This document shows positions 28,092 to 38,586 of a stretch of 64,000 bases of DNA, in pieces. The stretch comes from Coleofasciculus sp. B1-GNL1-01 (GTDB lineage: Bacteria > Cyanobacteriota > Cyanobacteriia > Cyanobacteriales > Coleofasciculaceae). Made by a program: the position numbers and the translations under genes. The notes under the pieces were generated by a model. It did not search any database. It saw only the letters and a program-made list of their open reading frames with translations, and was not told the origin of the DNA. The number at the start of each line of letters is the position of its first letter. The stretch's first letter is position 1. Location of the stretch: NCBI GenBank assembly GCA_040220235.1, contig JAVJTO010000075.1. One strand, 5' to 3'.

Positions 28092-29519
28092 CTATCCTTT
28101 TTGCTGCTGATAGCGCTGTTTAAATTCTTTCTGTCGCTTTTTGTGATCGACAATAGGTTCAGGATAGCCACAACTCGACCGTTCATCCGCCGGAATTTTT
28201 CCCGTCACCAAGTCTTTAGTATCCAGTGAACTCAACTCCGGTAACCATTGGCGAATATACTCCCCATCCGGGTCATATTTTTGTGCCTGACTAGCGGGAT
28301 TAAAAATTCGCAAGGGTTTCGGGTCCATCCCACTGGATGCACTCCATTGCCAGCCGCCATTATTAGCCGCTAAGTCACCATCATATAACGTTTGCATAAA
28401 ATATGTTTCGCCCCATTGCCAATTAATAATTAGGTCTTTCGTTAAAAAACTGGCAACAATCATTCGACAACGGTTATGCATCCATCCGGTTTGATTTAAT
28501 TGGCGCATGGCAGCATCAACAATCGGATAACCCGTTCTGCCTTCACACCAGGCTTGAAACAGGGTTTGATTATTGTCCCAGGGGAAATTTTCAAAGGTAT
28601 CGCGATAGGGTCCGGAGGCTAATTCAGGAAAGAAATAAAGGGCGTGTTGATAGAATTCTCGCCAAGCTAATTCCTGTTGCCAGGTTTGAATACCATCACG
28701 AGTTTCATCGCTACGGCTACGTTCTATCGCTGTTTGTGTCGCTTGCCAAACTGTGCGAATTCCGATCGCCCCAAATTTGAGGGCGGCGCTGAGTCGGGAT
28801 GTACCATCAATGGCGGGGAGATTGCGTTGGTGTTGGTAGTCGTCAATGGCGCGATCGCAAAATTCCTCTAGTCTCTCCTGGGCGGCTTTCTCTCCCGGTT
28901 CTAGCATTAGTGAATTGTCCCAGGTAAACCCTAATTCTTTAGCGGTAGGTAACTCCATTACGCCAACTTTCTTAACCACATCCTGTTCTGTTTCGGTAAG
29001 TCCTTCCCCATTTTTTAAGGATTCAGCGGGGGCGGCTTTGGCTTGGTCTTTCCAGTTTTTCCAGAATGGGGTATAAACTTTGTAAGGATTGCCGGAATTG
29101 GTGCGAATTTCTCCGGGGGCATGTAAGAGTTGATCCCAGAATGATTCAACCGCAATTCCTTTTTCTTCTAGGGCATCTTGTACCGTGCGATCGCGCGTTT
29201 GGGCATAAGGTTCCACATCACGATTCCAGACTACCGCTTTGGCGTTGAGGGCGTCAGCTAGGGCGGGAATTCCTTGACTGGCGTTTTGATGCAGGATTAA
29301 CAATTGACTCCCAGCTTCAGCGTAGCGTTGTTGTAACTCCTGTAAGCAGCCAATCATGTACGTGACTCGTGCTGGGGCGATATCATCCCGTTCTAAGATA
29401 TCTGGGTCAAGACAAAAAACTCCTATCACCTTCTGGGTTTTTTGGCAAGCCGCAGCCAGACCAATATTATCAGAAATTCGTAAATCACGGCGATGCCAGA
29501 AGAGAATCAGATCAGTCAT
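28092..29519 (-). CDS. phr: DNA photolyase (CPD class I-like)
   Basis: [71 protein letters not shown]. Confidence 0.96.
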   Translation of the reverse strand: MTDLILFWHRRDLRISDNIGLAAACQKTQKVIGVFCLDPDILERDDIAPARVTYMIGCLQELQQRYAEAGSQLLILHQNASQGIPALADALNAKAVVWNRDVEPYAQTRDRTVQDALEEKGIAVESFWDQLLHAPGEIRTNSGNPYKVYTPFWKNWKDQAKAAPAESLKNGEGLTETEQDVVKKVGVMELPTAKELGFTWDNSLMLEPGEKAAQERLEEFCDRAIDDYQHQRNLPAIDGTSRLSAALKFGAIGIRTVWQATQTAIERSRSDETRDGIQTWQQELAWREFYQHALYFFPELASGPYRDTFENFPWDNNQTLFQAWCEGRTGYPIVDAAMRQLNQTGWMHNRCRMIVASFLTKDLIINWQWGETYFMQTLYDGDLAANNGGWQWSASSGMDPKPLRIFNPASQAQKYDPDGEYIRQWLPELSSLDTKDLVTGKIPADERSSCGYPEPIVDHKKRQKEFKQRYQQQKG

Positions 29520-29539
29520 GAATGATGAAATTTGAATTG

Positions 29540-29892
29540 GTAGGGGCGGGTTTTGCCTTTCTGGTTTCGCTGTTAATTATAACGTTTGATGTCCTAATGA
29601 CCCCGGCGACTGCTATAATTTCTTAGTTTCAGGTAGTTTATAATGGGAATAAAGCAGAGGGCAGAAGTAAGTTGTAGGTTGGGTTGACGCCAGGAAACCC
29701 AACCAAATAGGGCTAAAGCCCTTACTACGAACCCAATCATCAAGCACCAAATTAAGATAATATCTTTTCCGTTCAGGTTGTAAAGACGTTGCAAGTAACG
29801 TCTCTACAATGTTCGCCACACAACCCTATTGTGTAACCTAACTGTTAGCATAAGATACAGGTTGGATAGGGCGCACGTCCGTGCGCCCCTAA
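29540..29892. repeat. cluster of GTAG-type REP-like palindromes
   Basis: GTAGGTTGGGTT...AACCCAAC, GGGCTAAAGCCCTTACTAC, GTAAAGACGTT...AACGTCTCTAC, GGGCGCAC...GTGCGCCCC. Confidence 0.75.
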
Positions 29893-29927
29893 GGTTTCCC
29901 GGATATCTTCAAAAACAATTAACCCAC

Positions 29928-30055
29928 TAAGCTGTTCGGCATTTAAACCTTAATATCAATAACGGCGAAAGCCTTGTAGTGCGTTTAGCGAAGCCATGCC
30001 GAAGGCTTTGCATCTTGCTCGCTACTAATACCCAATTTAAATGCATGACAGCTTA
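29928..30055. mobile_element. MITE (AGCTGT family), copy 2, overlapping the NUDIX stop codon
   Basis: near-identical to 27940-28067, same orientation. Confidence 0.85.
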
Positions 30056-30604
30056 TTGCTGCAAAAACGGACGCGCTAGGTAAAAGCTACAAATCGATTT
30101 CGCATCAACCGCATCCCCCCCATGAATTGCTTTTTCTAATTGTTCAGGTGTCATCAACACCGTTTCTAAATCTTCATCCATATCCAATCCTGGCGGTGTC
30201 TGCAATTTCTCTAAATCTTGCGCTAGAAATGCGTAAATATATTCATCAGAATATCCTGGTGCTAAGGGAAAACTCCCCAAAGATTGCCAACGGTGCGCCC
30301 GATATCCAATTTCTTCCTCGATTTCCCGTTGGATTGTGGTTTCAGGATCTTCTAAAGGTTCCACAGTACCCGCCGGAAACTCTAATAACCGCCGTTGTAC
30401 GGTAAACCGATATTGACGCACGAGAACCAGTTTCCCTTCTGGGGTAACCGGAACCGCTAGCGCCCCACCGGGGTGACGAACGCATTCCCAGTCGCCTTTA
30501 GCTTGGTTGGGAAGACGCAGGTGATTAACTTCAAAGTTAAATTTGCGTCCCTGATAAACAAAGCGTTGTCTGAGTAGTTGAGGGGGTTCTTGACCTTGAG
30601 GCAT
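30053..30604 (-). CDS. NUDIX hydrolase (ADP-ribose pyrophosphatase-like)
   Basis: VRQYR, EFPAGTVE....ETTIQREIEEEIG Nudix box, LAPGYSDE. Confidence 0.95.
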   Translation of the reverse strand: MPQGQEPPQLLRQRFVYQGRKFNFEVNHLRLPNQAKGDWECVRHPGGALAVPVTPEGKLVLVRQYRFTVQRRLLEFPAGTVEPLEDPETTIQREIEEEIGYRAHRWQSLGSFPLAPGYSDEYIYAFLAQDLEKLQTPPGLDMDEDLETVLMTPEQLEKAIHGGDAVDAKSICSFYLARPFLQQ

Positions 30605-30610
30605 GTCTAA

Positions 30611-31096
30611 CTATACGGGGTGAACTCCAGAACAGTCTACCCTTTGTACGAGTTTTGCGATCGCACATCCGGATGTTGGTTCGATCCAGTCGGGGGCAAT
30701 TTCGGCTAAAGGAACCAGGACAAAGGCTCGTTCCGTCATCCGGGGGTGGGGGATTTGTAGGGTAGGAGTGTCTATTATTAAATTATCGAATAATAAGATA
30801 TCTAAGTCTAGGGTTCTCGGTCCCCATCTTTCCCGCCGTTCTCGCCCGAATTGGTTTTCGATGCTGAGAAGGGTTTGTAACAAATCGTGGGGGGTTAGCT
30901 GTACCTCTAGAATCACACAACCATTGAGATAATCTGGCTGCGGTGGACCCACGGGGGCGGTTCGATACCAGCTAGACTGAGACGTGACCGTGATACCGGG
31001 AGTTTTCGCTAACATGACTATAGCCGCCTCTAAGATGGCACGGGAATCCCCCAAGTTGCTACCTAGTGCGATCGCCGATGGTTGAGAGTGTGACAC
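30611..31096 (-). CDS. folK: 2-amino-4-hydroxy-6-hydroxymethyldihydropteridine diphosphokinase
   Basis: IALGSNLG, QPDYLN, RWGPRTLDLDIL, PHPRM.ERAFVLVPLAEI. Confidence 0.97.
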   Translation of the reverse strand: MSHSQPSAIALGSNLGDSRAILEAAIVMLAKTPGITVTSQSSWYRTAPVGPPQPDYLNGCVILEVQLTPHDLLQTLLSIENQFGRERRERWGPRTLDLDILLFDNLIIDTPTLQIPHPRMTERAFVLVPLAEIAPDWIEPTSGCAIAKLVQRVDCSGVHPV

Positions 31097-31168
31097 GAGA
31101 CGCCCCTGCTGTTGAGTTTATAGATTACCAGAGAATCGACAAAATTTTTGCCGCGATCGGATAAATTA

Positions 31169-32044
31169 ATGTACGAAGAACAAATCCTCGGTCTTTGGTT
31201 AGCAGGACCTAAGGGAACCGTTTACTCCCTAGCGATGAGTCCCGATGGCAAGACTTTAATTAGTGGTGGCGGTGATACAATTGTGCGCGTCTGGGATTTA
31301 AGCAATGGAGAGGAACTCTCCTGTTTTAGAGGTCATTCTGACTGGGTGCATGGGGTAGCCATAAGTCCAGATAGTCAAACCTTGGTGAGTGGGAGTTTTG
31401 ATCGCACGCTGAAAGTGTGGAACCTGAAAAATGGGCAGGAACGATACACTCTAAAAGGTCACTCTGACCGAGTATATTGTGTGACAATTAGTCCTGACGG
31501 ACAGAGAATTTATAGCGGTAGTCAGGATACAACAATTAAAGTTTGGGATATTAACAACGGTACTGAACTACACACCCTAACCGAACCATCAGACTGGGTA
31601 TATTCCCTCGCCATCAGTTCAGATGGTCAACGATTGGTTAGTGGTTGTGCTGATGGTACGATTTGGATTGGTTCTCGGAAAATACTCACAGGTCATGCAG
31701 GTAGCGTTACCTCCGTGGCGATTAGTCCCAATGGGAAAATATTGGTGAGTAGCAGTATTGACAAAACGATTAAACTTTGGGATTTGAGAACAGGAGAGGA
31801 AATTCGCACACTGACGGGTCATGCGGGAACCGTTACTTCAGTGACAATTAGCCGAGATGGACGCCGAATTCTTAGTGGAAGTAACGATAAAACTGTAAAG
31901 GTTTGGGATTTACAGACAGGTGAAGTCCTGCACACGATTAGTGATCATATAGAAGCAGTTTTAGCGGTAGCAATTAGTCCAGATGGACGAACTCTAGCTA
32001 GTGGTAGCCAGAATGACGTGATTAAAATTTGGGGGGTAAAATAA
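31169..32044 (+). CDS. WD40-repeat beta-propeller protein
   Basis: about 7 repeats of GH...V..VAISPDG..L.SGS.D.T.K.WD. Confidence 0.93.
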   Translation: MYEEQILGLWLAGPKGTVYSLAMSPDGKTLISGGGDTIVRVWDLSNGEELSCFRGHSDWVHGVAISPDSQTLVSGSFDRTLKVWNLKNGQERYTLKGHSDRVYCVTISPDGQRIYSGSQDTTIKVWDINNGTELHTLTEPSDWVYSLAISSDGQRLVSGCADGTIWIGSRKILTGHAGSVTSVAISPNGKILVSSSIDKTIKLWDLRTGEEIRTLTGHAGTVTSVTISRDGRRILSGSNDKTVKVWDLQTGEVLHTISDHIEAVLAVAISPDGRTLASGSQNDVIKIWGVK

Positions 32045-32242
32045 GCAATGCGGAAGATAGGAAAAATGAGGGTAGTCTCAATGTAGCAGGTTACATCTGA
32101 AACATCTAGTCAGAGCGGGTTTTGAGCCAAGGCTATCATTAATTAATAACGAAACGAAACTTCCTAAACCATTCCCTACAGATGTACCTCAAAACCATGT
32201 CCTTGAGCCAAGCAAATACTCTTACCTAATCACCAATCACCA

Positions 32243-33106
32243 ATGATAGTACTTGCCAATATCGCTGCCCCAAAAATTCTCAATATGACAGGTAATGTCG
32301 CAATTATTTTCAGTATTATTCCTGTCGAAGCCCTGGTTATTTGGAGTTTATTCAAGTTCCGCTCAAAAGTTAAATTAGGCATATATAAAGTCCTAATTAT
32401 GACTCTAGTTGCCAACATTGCTACATCAATTATAGGTATTCCCTTCGCGTTTAATAATATGTACACTGGCAGTCCAGGAACAGCTGTCTTTAGTTTACCT
32501 ATTTTCTTTGTATTCTCTTGCTTAATTGAATGGAGCTTATACATTTCTCTATTTAAACCTAAAAATAGTCGGAATCCAGAGGGAAACTTATTTCTAGCCA
32601 CTTTTTTGAGTAATTTAGCTAGTTACGCCATTTTTTTCTTCGTCTTGCTTCCAGTTAGCTACCCATCAAATTTACTTTGGCAACCCAATCCGGAACGCGC
32701 CCATTGGGAAGCTAAACAGGTAATTCCTACGATCTTAAGTTACCAATATGACTTCTATGGTAGAAATTCACAATTTGCTTCTACATTTAAAGAATTGACA
32801 GGCTCTACTGAAGAGCATCCTTTTGGTTTTTCCAAAATTCAATTGATGAATGACCGTACAATAGAAAATGAATTCCACCAATTTAAACTCTCTGCTGATC
32901 TAGATAAAACAACTGTAAAAGTTACAGCAAAACGTGAAACATTCAAAAGCTACACGGCAATAATCGTGGTAGCTAACGAGAAATCTGAAAATGACTTGTT
33001 GCGTGGGATTTGCCAAACTGATCAACCCTCTATAGTTCCTCCAGATAATCCTCAACTCATAGAAGGTAAAATTCAATGCCCATCGGGTTCATCTTTTCTA
33101 TATTGA
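32243..33106 (+). CDS. membrane protein with a C-terminal pilin G/H-like domain
   Basis: 4 TM helices, then EAK....I...Q..FY....QFA, KSYTA, ICQTDQP...CPSGS as in cyanobacterial pilin-like G/H proteins. Confidence 0.75.
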   Translation: MIVLANIAAPKILNMTGNVAIIFSIIPVEALVIWSLFKFRSKVKLGIYKVLIMTLVANIATSIIGIPFAFNNMYTGSPGTAVFSLPIFFVFSCLIEWSLYISLFKPKNSRNPEGNLFLATFLSNLASYAIFFFVLLPVSYPSNLLWQPNPERAHWEAKQVIPTILSYQYDFYGRNSQFASTFKELTGSTEEHPFGFSKIQLMNDRTIENEFHQFKLSADLDKTTVKVTAKRETFKSYTAIIVVANEKSENDLLRGICQTDQPSIVPPDNPQLIEGKIQCPSGSSFLY

Positions 33107-33112
33107 AGAATT

Positions 33113-34180
33113 ATGAATTTTAGCATTCCTGGTATTCCTAAAAATAAGCGGTATATTTTACCAACTGTTTTAGGATTGGCACATGGTAGTGCTGATGCAG
33201 CCGCAGGTTTTCTACTGGCTACTTTACTGCAAAGGCTATCCCTAGAACAAAGTAGTTTTCTCATCTTACTTTACAACGGATTAGCTTTTGGGTATCAGCC
33301 CATAGTTGGGATGATCACCGATAAACTCAAACGTCCCCGTATTGCTGTTTTAATGGGATTATTGCTACTGAGTCTGGCGCTAGTTTCAGCCAATTGGCAA
33401 CCCCAATTCGCGATAATTTTAGCGGGAATCGGTTCAGCCGCGTTTCATGTTGGCGGGGGGGCGATAGCGGTTTGGGTAACGCCTAAATCGACTCTGGGTG
33501 CGGGATTATTTGCTGCACCAGGGGTGGTAGGATTAGCGGTGGGTGGTGGGTTAGGATTAGCCGGATATGAAGGGACAGGGTTATTGGTATCGCTACTTTG
33601 TATGATCATGATAGCGATCGCGCGAATACCTTTGCCTAAACTTCCCTATCGTCAAACTTCTGATCCTGACTTGGTTCAGGAATCGGCGGTTGTGGATCAG
33701 GATTTAGTCTTGCTGATATTATTGAGTGCGATCGCGTTAACGTCTCTAGTTTGGACTAGCTTTGATTTTCTACTACAGGGTAATATTCCAGCTTTAATTG
33801 CGATCGCGATCGCTGCCGCTGTTGGTAAAATTTTGGCAGGAATTTGGGCAACAGCTTGGGGGTGGCGATTGTGGACAATGGGAACCTTAGCCCTATCCAG
33901 CCTGTTACTGGTAATTGGCGGACATCATTTGTTTACCTTACTGCCAGCCGTGGCGCTATTACAATCGAGTATCCCAGTTACATTAGCCGCCACAGCCCAC
34001 CTGATGCCAGAACAACCCGCCACAGCCGCAGGATTTGCATTAGGATTAGCGATCGCGATCGGTGGTATTCCCGTCATGGGTGGGTTGGGCAAGATAATCA
34101 GTTTATCACTTATTTCTGCGGCGTTGGTGATAGTAGTCATGCTGTTATTGGTATGGGTGTTTAGTCGCAAAGCTGGGTAG
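33113..34180 (+). CDS. MFS-like membrane protein
   Basis: about 12 TM segments; H...D, LYN.LAF..QP..G...D, G.G.A.FHVGG, G.F.APG..GL motifs. Confidence 0.8.
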   Translation: MNFSIPGIPKNKRYILPTVLGLAHGSADAAAGFLLATLLQRLSLEQSSFLILLYNGLAFGYQPIVGMITDKLKRPRIAVLMGLLLLSLALVSANWQPQFAIILAGIGSAAFHVGGGAIAVWVTPKSTLGAGLFAAPGVVGLAVGGGLGLAGYEGTGLLVSLLCMIMIAIARIPLPKLPYRQTSDPDLVQESAVVDQDLVLLILLSAIALTSLVWTSFDFLLQGNIPALIAIAIAAAVGKILAGIWATAWGWRLWTMGTLALSSLLLVIGGHHLFTLLPAVALLQSSIPVTLAATAHLMPEQPATAAGFALGLAIAIGGIPVMGGLGKIISLSLISAALVIVVMLLLVWVFSRKAG

Positions 34181-34314
34181 AAGGGTAAGTCTTTTTTACC
34201 AATAATTACAGGTATGAAACGATATGGATTGATATGATATCAAAACGTTAATTCCCCTAACCAAGGACGAATAACGTAGCTTGCTTCTCGCCAAGCGAGT
34301 ATGACAAATGACAA

Positions 34315-34857
34315 TTACTCTTGAGTAATTACCCGCACCAAAGTAGCAGTATCAAAGGCATCGGAGGGATAATAAACCGTCTCATAATCATTGATCGCGA
34401 TTATCGCTTTTTTCGGTTGAGTACCCTGTCCACCCAATTGCTGTTTAGCGACTTCGGGATTATTGAAACAAAACCAAACTTGGCGATCATCGCCCCGAAA
34501 TCTGGGTAGCTGTTTGGCGGCGGCTTCATCAACAACAAAACAGGGGATCTTGGTGTTTCCTGGAAGCTGATGATTAGGTTCATAAGTCCCAGTGAGAGCA
34601 ATTTGACCTCGAAATTGGACTCGACCAATTACACCATACTCAGGTAATGAGTCAGCTTGAACCGAAACGACTTCTAGACCCATAAATTCCTCTCCTGGTT
34701 CGAGTTGATGGGGGTCAAAGTGGTTATCAACCGCTTTCAACTCAAAGGATAAGTCTTTAGTCGGTGTCGGGGATAGCTTAGTCTTAGCGGCTAATGCAGC
34801 CGTACTCCCTAAGCACAGGAGTGAAATAAGTGCGATCGCGGTTGGATGTTGACGCAT
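34315..34857 (-). CDS. secreted hypothetical protein
   Basis: signal peptide; CF.VD...LPRF.GDDR.VWFCFNN. Confidence 0.75.
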   Translation of the reverse strand: MRQHPTAIALISLLCLGSTAALAAKTKLSPTPTKDLSFELKAVDNHFDPHQLEPGEEFMGLEVVSVQADSLPEYGVIGRVQFRGQIALTGTYEPNHQLPGNTKIPCFVVDEAAAKQLPRFRGDDRQVWFCFNNPEVAKQQLGGQGTQPKKAIIAINDYETVYYPSDAFDTATLVRVITQE

Positions 34858-34962
34858 GGGGAAATAATCTCATTTAGAGTGAATCGATAAGGCTACACTA
34901 TCGATCATGACTCTATATTCGCTAAACTGACGAGCTTGTGCATCACTCCATAGGAGCAAAAT

Positions 34963-35038
34963 TAAGCTGTTTAGTATTTAAACCCTAATGTCAATAATGA
35001 CGAAACCCTTGTAGTGCGAGCATCTTGATCGCTACTAA
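34963..35038. mobile_element. truncated third copy of the AGCTGT MITE
   Basis: TAAGCTGTTTAGTATTTAAACCCTAATGTCAATAA...GTAGTGCGAGCATCTTGATCGCTACTAA; no right TIR. Confidence 0.75.
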
Positions 35039-35068
35039 GAATTTTGGGCTATTTGATATGCATTGTTC

Positions 35069-35590
35069 CTAAAGGATATCCTCGGCATCCGCCGCCAACA
35101 CCTGATCGACTGTTAAAGTAAGGTTAGGAAATGTTTGACAGGGAATAGTTTCTCCTGGCAAATACTCACATCGTTGATATTCCCCATTACCCAGCGTTAG
35201 CACAATAACTTTCTTCCCCTTCCCGCGCCAGCAATATTTAGCTGGAATTTGACCCCAATAATCAACAATCCAATATTCCGGCACTCCGATTGCTTGGTAC
35301 TCCTCTTGTTTGTCCACCAAATCCGTAGACCAATTACTTGAGGCAATCTCAACAATCATAAATGGTTTAGTCGTAATCCCTCGGCTGGGTCGATCTTCAA
35401 AGAAAGTCTTGGGTCGTTCAATAATAGCAATATCTGGTCGTCTCGCTTTTGCTTCGTCCAGAAAGAGTGCATTTCGCTTGCTTAATCTATCCTATCTGGA
35501 AGTGTCAGGAGTGCGATCGCGCAAAGCAAAGCGTGTCCGATAGGACGTATCGCGAACCACTCCCTCAGTTTCCTGGATAGTCAGCGTCAT
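35069..35590 (-). pseudogene. Uma2-family (PD-(D/E)xK) endonuclease pseudogene
   Basis: frame MTLTIQ...DTSR*DRL...RRPDIAII...MIVEIASSNWSTD...YQAIGVPEYWIVD with an in-frame TAG at 35492-35494. Confidence 0.75.
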
Positions 35591-35863
35591 TGGCTACTCA
35601 GCCGGATTCATATAAAGATCTACTGGATTGACACAGCTAAAATGGTGGAATAGATTGTAGGTTGAGTTGATCACAGGAAACCCAACAGGATATAGGGCTA
35701 AAGTTCCCTACTACAAGTCGAATCTAATCCATCAAATAAGGTGTGCCACGCCAGTACGATAGCCAAGCCAAGGCTCGACAAACAGGATTTCGACAGCATT
35801 TATCTGTCAATCTCTGAATCGATAACGCTACACTATCGATCATGACCCATATTCGCTGAACTG

Positions 35864-37705
35864 ATGAGTCTGTGTATCAATCCCAAGTGTCAGAATCCCG
35901 ATAATCCCGATAATCTGCTCTATTGCCAAAGTTGTCAGTCTGAATTGCTATTGGAGGGACGTTATCGGGTTATAAATCTATTGGGCGAAGGCGGTTTTGC
36001 TAAGACCTATGAAGTTAGCGATCGCACCACTATTCCTAAAGTTATCAAAGTTCTGAGTAAAAATGAACCAAAACCTGTAGAACAATTCCAGCGAGAAGCC
36101 CAAGTATTAACTCGGCTGCATCATCCCGGAGTTCCCCAAGCAGAGGAATCCTTCACTTTTTACCCTAAAAATAGTCAAGAACCCGTCTATTGTCTGGTCA
36201 TGGAGAAAATTGAGGGAGAGAATCTGGAAAAGTGGTTAGAAAATCGGGATAATCGCCCCATTAGTGAAAAGTTAGCGATTGATTGGCTAATTCAACTCGC
36301 CAACACACTACACGCCGTTCATCAACAGCAGCTTTTTCACCGAGATATTAAGCCATCGAATATTATGCTCAAGCCAGATGGAGGACTGGTATTAATTGAT
36401 TTTGGCATAGCGCGAGAAATTACAGGAACCTACGAGCAAAAACAAGCAGCAGGACAAGTGACCAAAGTTGTTTCTGACGGTTACTCTCCTCTCGAACAAG
36501 TCATTGGTAGTGCTGTTCCCCAATCAGATTTTTTTGCCTTGGGTCGTACTTTTGTCCATTTACTGACGGGTGAACATCCTCTGAACCTTGGCGATCAGTA
36601 TCGCCACGATATCTATACCGATGAGTTAGAGGATTGGCGTGATCAAGCTCCCCAAATTTCTTCTATCCTAGGAGATTTTATCAATCAACTGATGGCTCGT
36701 CCAATTCAGAAACGCCCCGCCGATACCCAGGCAATTTTGGCACGGTTGGCAGAGATTGAGCAAACTTTGTATCCAAACACACAACAACGACAACCGATCC
36801 AATCACCGACTGCAACCAATTGGCAAAACTTTATAGCCGATCATGTTTTCGGTGATTTATCTTCTTGCCACTCAGCTTCTGTTACCTCATTAGCTATCAG
36901 TGCTGATGGACAAACCTTAGTTAGTGGTAGCGAAGATAGGATGATCAAAGTGTGGAATTTAGCAAATGAAGAAGAAACTCATTCTTTTAATCATGGAGAG
37001 GGTATTCTGTCTGTAGCCATCAGCTCAGATGGAAAAATTATCGCTAGTGGTACTGTAAACAAGACAATTAAAGTATGGAATTTAGAAAATCAAAAAGCTA
37101 CTCAAGTTTTGACTGGGCATTCTGGACAGGTTATGTCCCTTGCTTTTCACCCAAAAAACAATAATATTCTTTTTAGTGGGAGCGGAGATAAGACTATTAA
37201 AATATGGGATATAAACAATCAAAAATGTACTCACACTCATACCAAGCATTCAAGTGGTGTAACGTCTATAGCAGTGAGTCCAGATGGAAAAACCATCGTC
37301 AGTGGTAGTTATGACAAAACAATTATTGTGTTGCCAGATCAAATCCTTGAAAGTCACTCAGATGTAGTTTTCGCTGTCGTAATTAGTCCAGACGGACAAA
37401 CTGTGATTAGTGGCAGTCGGGATAAAGAAATCAAGGTATGGAATTTGAGGAGTGGAGAACTGCTCTACACTCTGACTGGGCATAAAGGTTCTGTTTTATC
37501 TATAGCAATTAGCCCTGATGGAAAAACCCTGTTTAGCGGCAGTGAAGATAAAACAGTCAAAGTTTGGGACTTAACTACTCAGCAAGAAATTAATACCCTA
37601 ACTAAGTATTTAGACGCTGTAACATCATTGGTGATTAGTCCCGATGGTAAAACCTTAATCAGCGGTAGTCACGATGGTACAATCAAGGTATGGAGTGTGC
37701 AGTAA
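35864..37705 (+). CDS. Ser/Thr protein kinase with a 4-Cys prefix and WD40 repeats
   Basis: CINPKC...CQSC, LGEGGFAKTY, HRDIKPSNIM, LIDFGIA, C-terminal WD40 x7. Confidence 0.95.
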   Translation: MSLCINPKCQNPDNPDNLLYCQSCQSELLLEGRYRVINLLGEGGFAKTYEVSDRTTIPKVIKVLSKNEPKPVEQFQREAQVLTRLHHPGVPQAEESFTFYPKNSQEPVYCLVMEKIEGENLEKWLENRDNRPISEKLAIDWLIQLANTLHAVHQQQLFHRDIKPSNIMLKPDGGLVLIDFGIAREITGTYEQKQAAGQVTKVVSDGYSPLEQVIGSAVPQSDFFALGRTFVHLLTGEHPLNLGDQYRHDIYTDELEDWRDQAPQISSILGDFINQLMARPIQKRPADTQAILARLAEIEQTLYPNTQQRQPIQSPTATNWQNFIADHVFGDLSSCHSASVTSLAISADGQTLVSGSEDRMIKVWNLANEEETHSFNHGEGILSVAISSDGKIIASGTVNKTIKVWNLENQKATQVLTGHSGQVMSLAFHPKNNNILFSGSGDKTIKIWDINNQKCTHTHTKHSSGVTSIAVSPDGKTIVSGSYDKTIIVLPDQILESHSDVVFAVVISPDGQTVISGSRDKEIKVWNLRSGELLYTLTGHKGSVLSIAISPDGKTLFSGSEDKTVKVWDLTTQQEINTLTKYLDAVTSLVISPDGKTLISGSHDGTIKVWSVQ

Positions 37706-37794
37706 TGATTGTTTATTTAGATAGAGTTATTGTATCTAATGTGGCGGCATAGTTTGGTTTATTTAGACATCATTATAGAATGTTATATTTTAAC

Positions 37795-38586
37795 TCAAGT
37801 CTCCCATAGTTCCACAATTTGCAATTCCCAACCTGGAAGCAACTCTGGAATCGTCAAAACATCCCCATCTCTCAATACCATTTCCGGTTGATCCTGCTGA
37901 TAAACTGTTACCGTTTGCTCTGTCTCTGGTTCAATAAAAATACCCACAGCCATCCCCATTTCAATCAGCATTTGCAGCTTCGCTTTCTGATATGAACTCG
38001 GATCAGTTTCCGCTTCTGTACAGCAGCAACATTCCATGATTAAATCTGGTACTAATTCTGGATATGATTCGGGTAACTTTGTCAATCCATTCTGGCGCAT
38101 ATAATCCCGCATTCGTTCAGCGCGAATGAAACAGTTATCCGGTTCAATCACATCCCCATTCGGCAAAATCCAACCGCAGCGTCCTAAAACATAACCCAAG
38201 GGATGATCAGAACCCGTTTTAACCCAATTCATCAAAGCAAAGCCAAAATTAGACCTTGCTATCGCGGACGCCATTCCCCCACAATTAACAATACAAGGGG
38301 ACATGATAATGATTCGACCTCCCCGTAATTCCATCCCATAGTCATCAAACGTTGCTTGTACCCGTTCCAAGTCATGGGGGGTAAAGGGTAAGGATAGGGG
38401 TGGACTTAAAATAATTCGTCCATTCTCTAATTTGGCTGGATAATCGGGAAAAGTCGCCCGAACCTGTTCGAGTTCTTGGGTTGAAAGTGTCACGGGTAAA
38501 AGAGTGCGATCGCGGAAAGCAAAGCCTGTCCGATAGGACGTATTGCGTCTAATTCTATCATGAACCTTCCGGTACGTTACTAACAA
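37795..38586 (-). CDS. divergent Uma2-family protein with a duplicated N-terminal module
   Basis: LPNGD..EPD..FI.AER, PELVPDL.ME, LRDGDVLTIPELLPGWEL; start uncertain. Confidence 0.8.
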   Translation of the reverse strand: MLVTYRKVHDRIRRNTSYRTGFAFRDRTLLPVTLSTQELEQVRATFPDYPAKLENGRIILSPPLSLPFTPHDLERVQATFDDYGMELRGGRIIIMSPCIVNCGGMASAIARSNFGFALMNWVKTGSDHPLGYVLGRCGWILPNGDVIEPDNCFIRAERMRDYMRQNGLTKLPESYPELVPDLIMECCCCTEAETDPSSYQKAKLQMLIEMGMAVGIFIEPETEQTVTVYQQDQPEMVLRDGDVLTIPELLPGWELQIVELWET

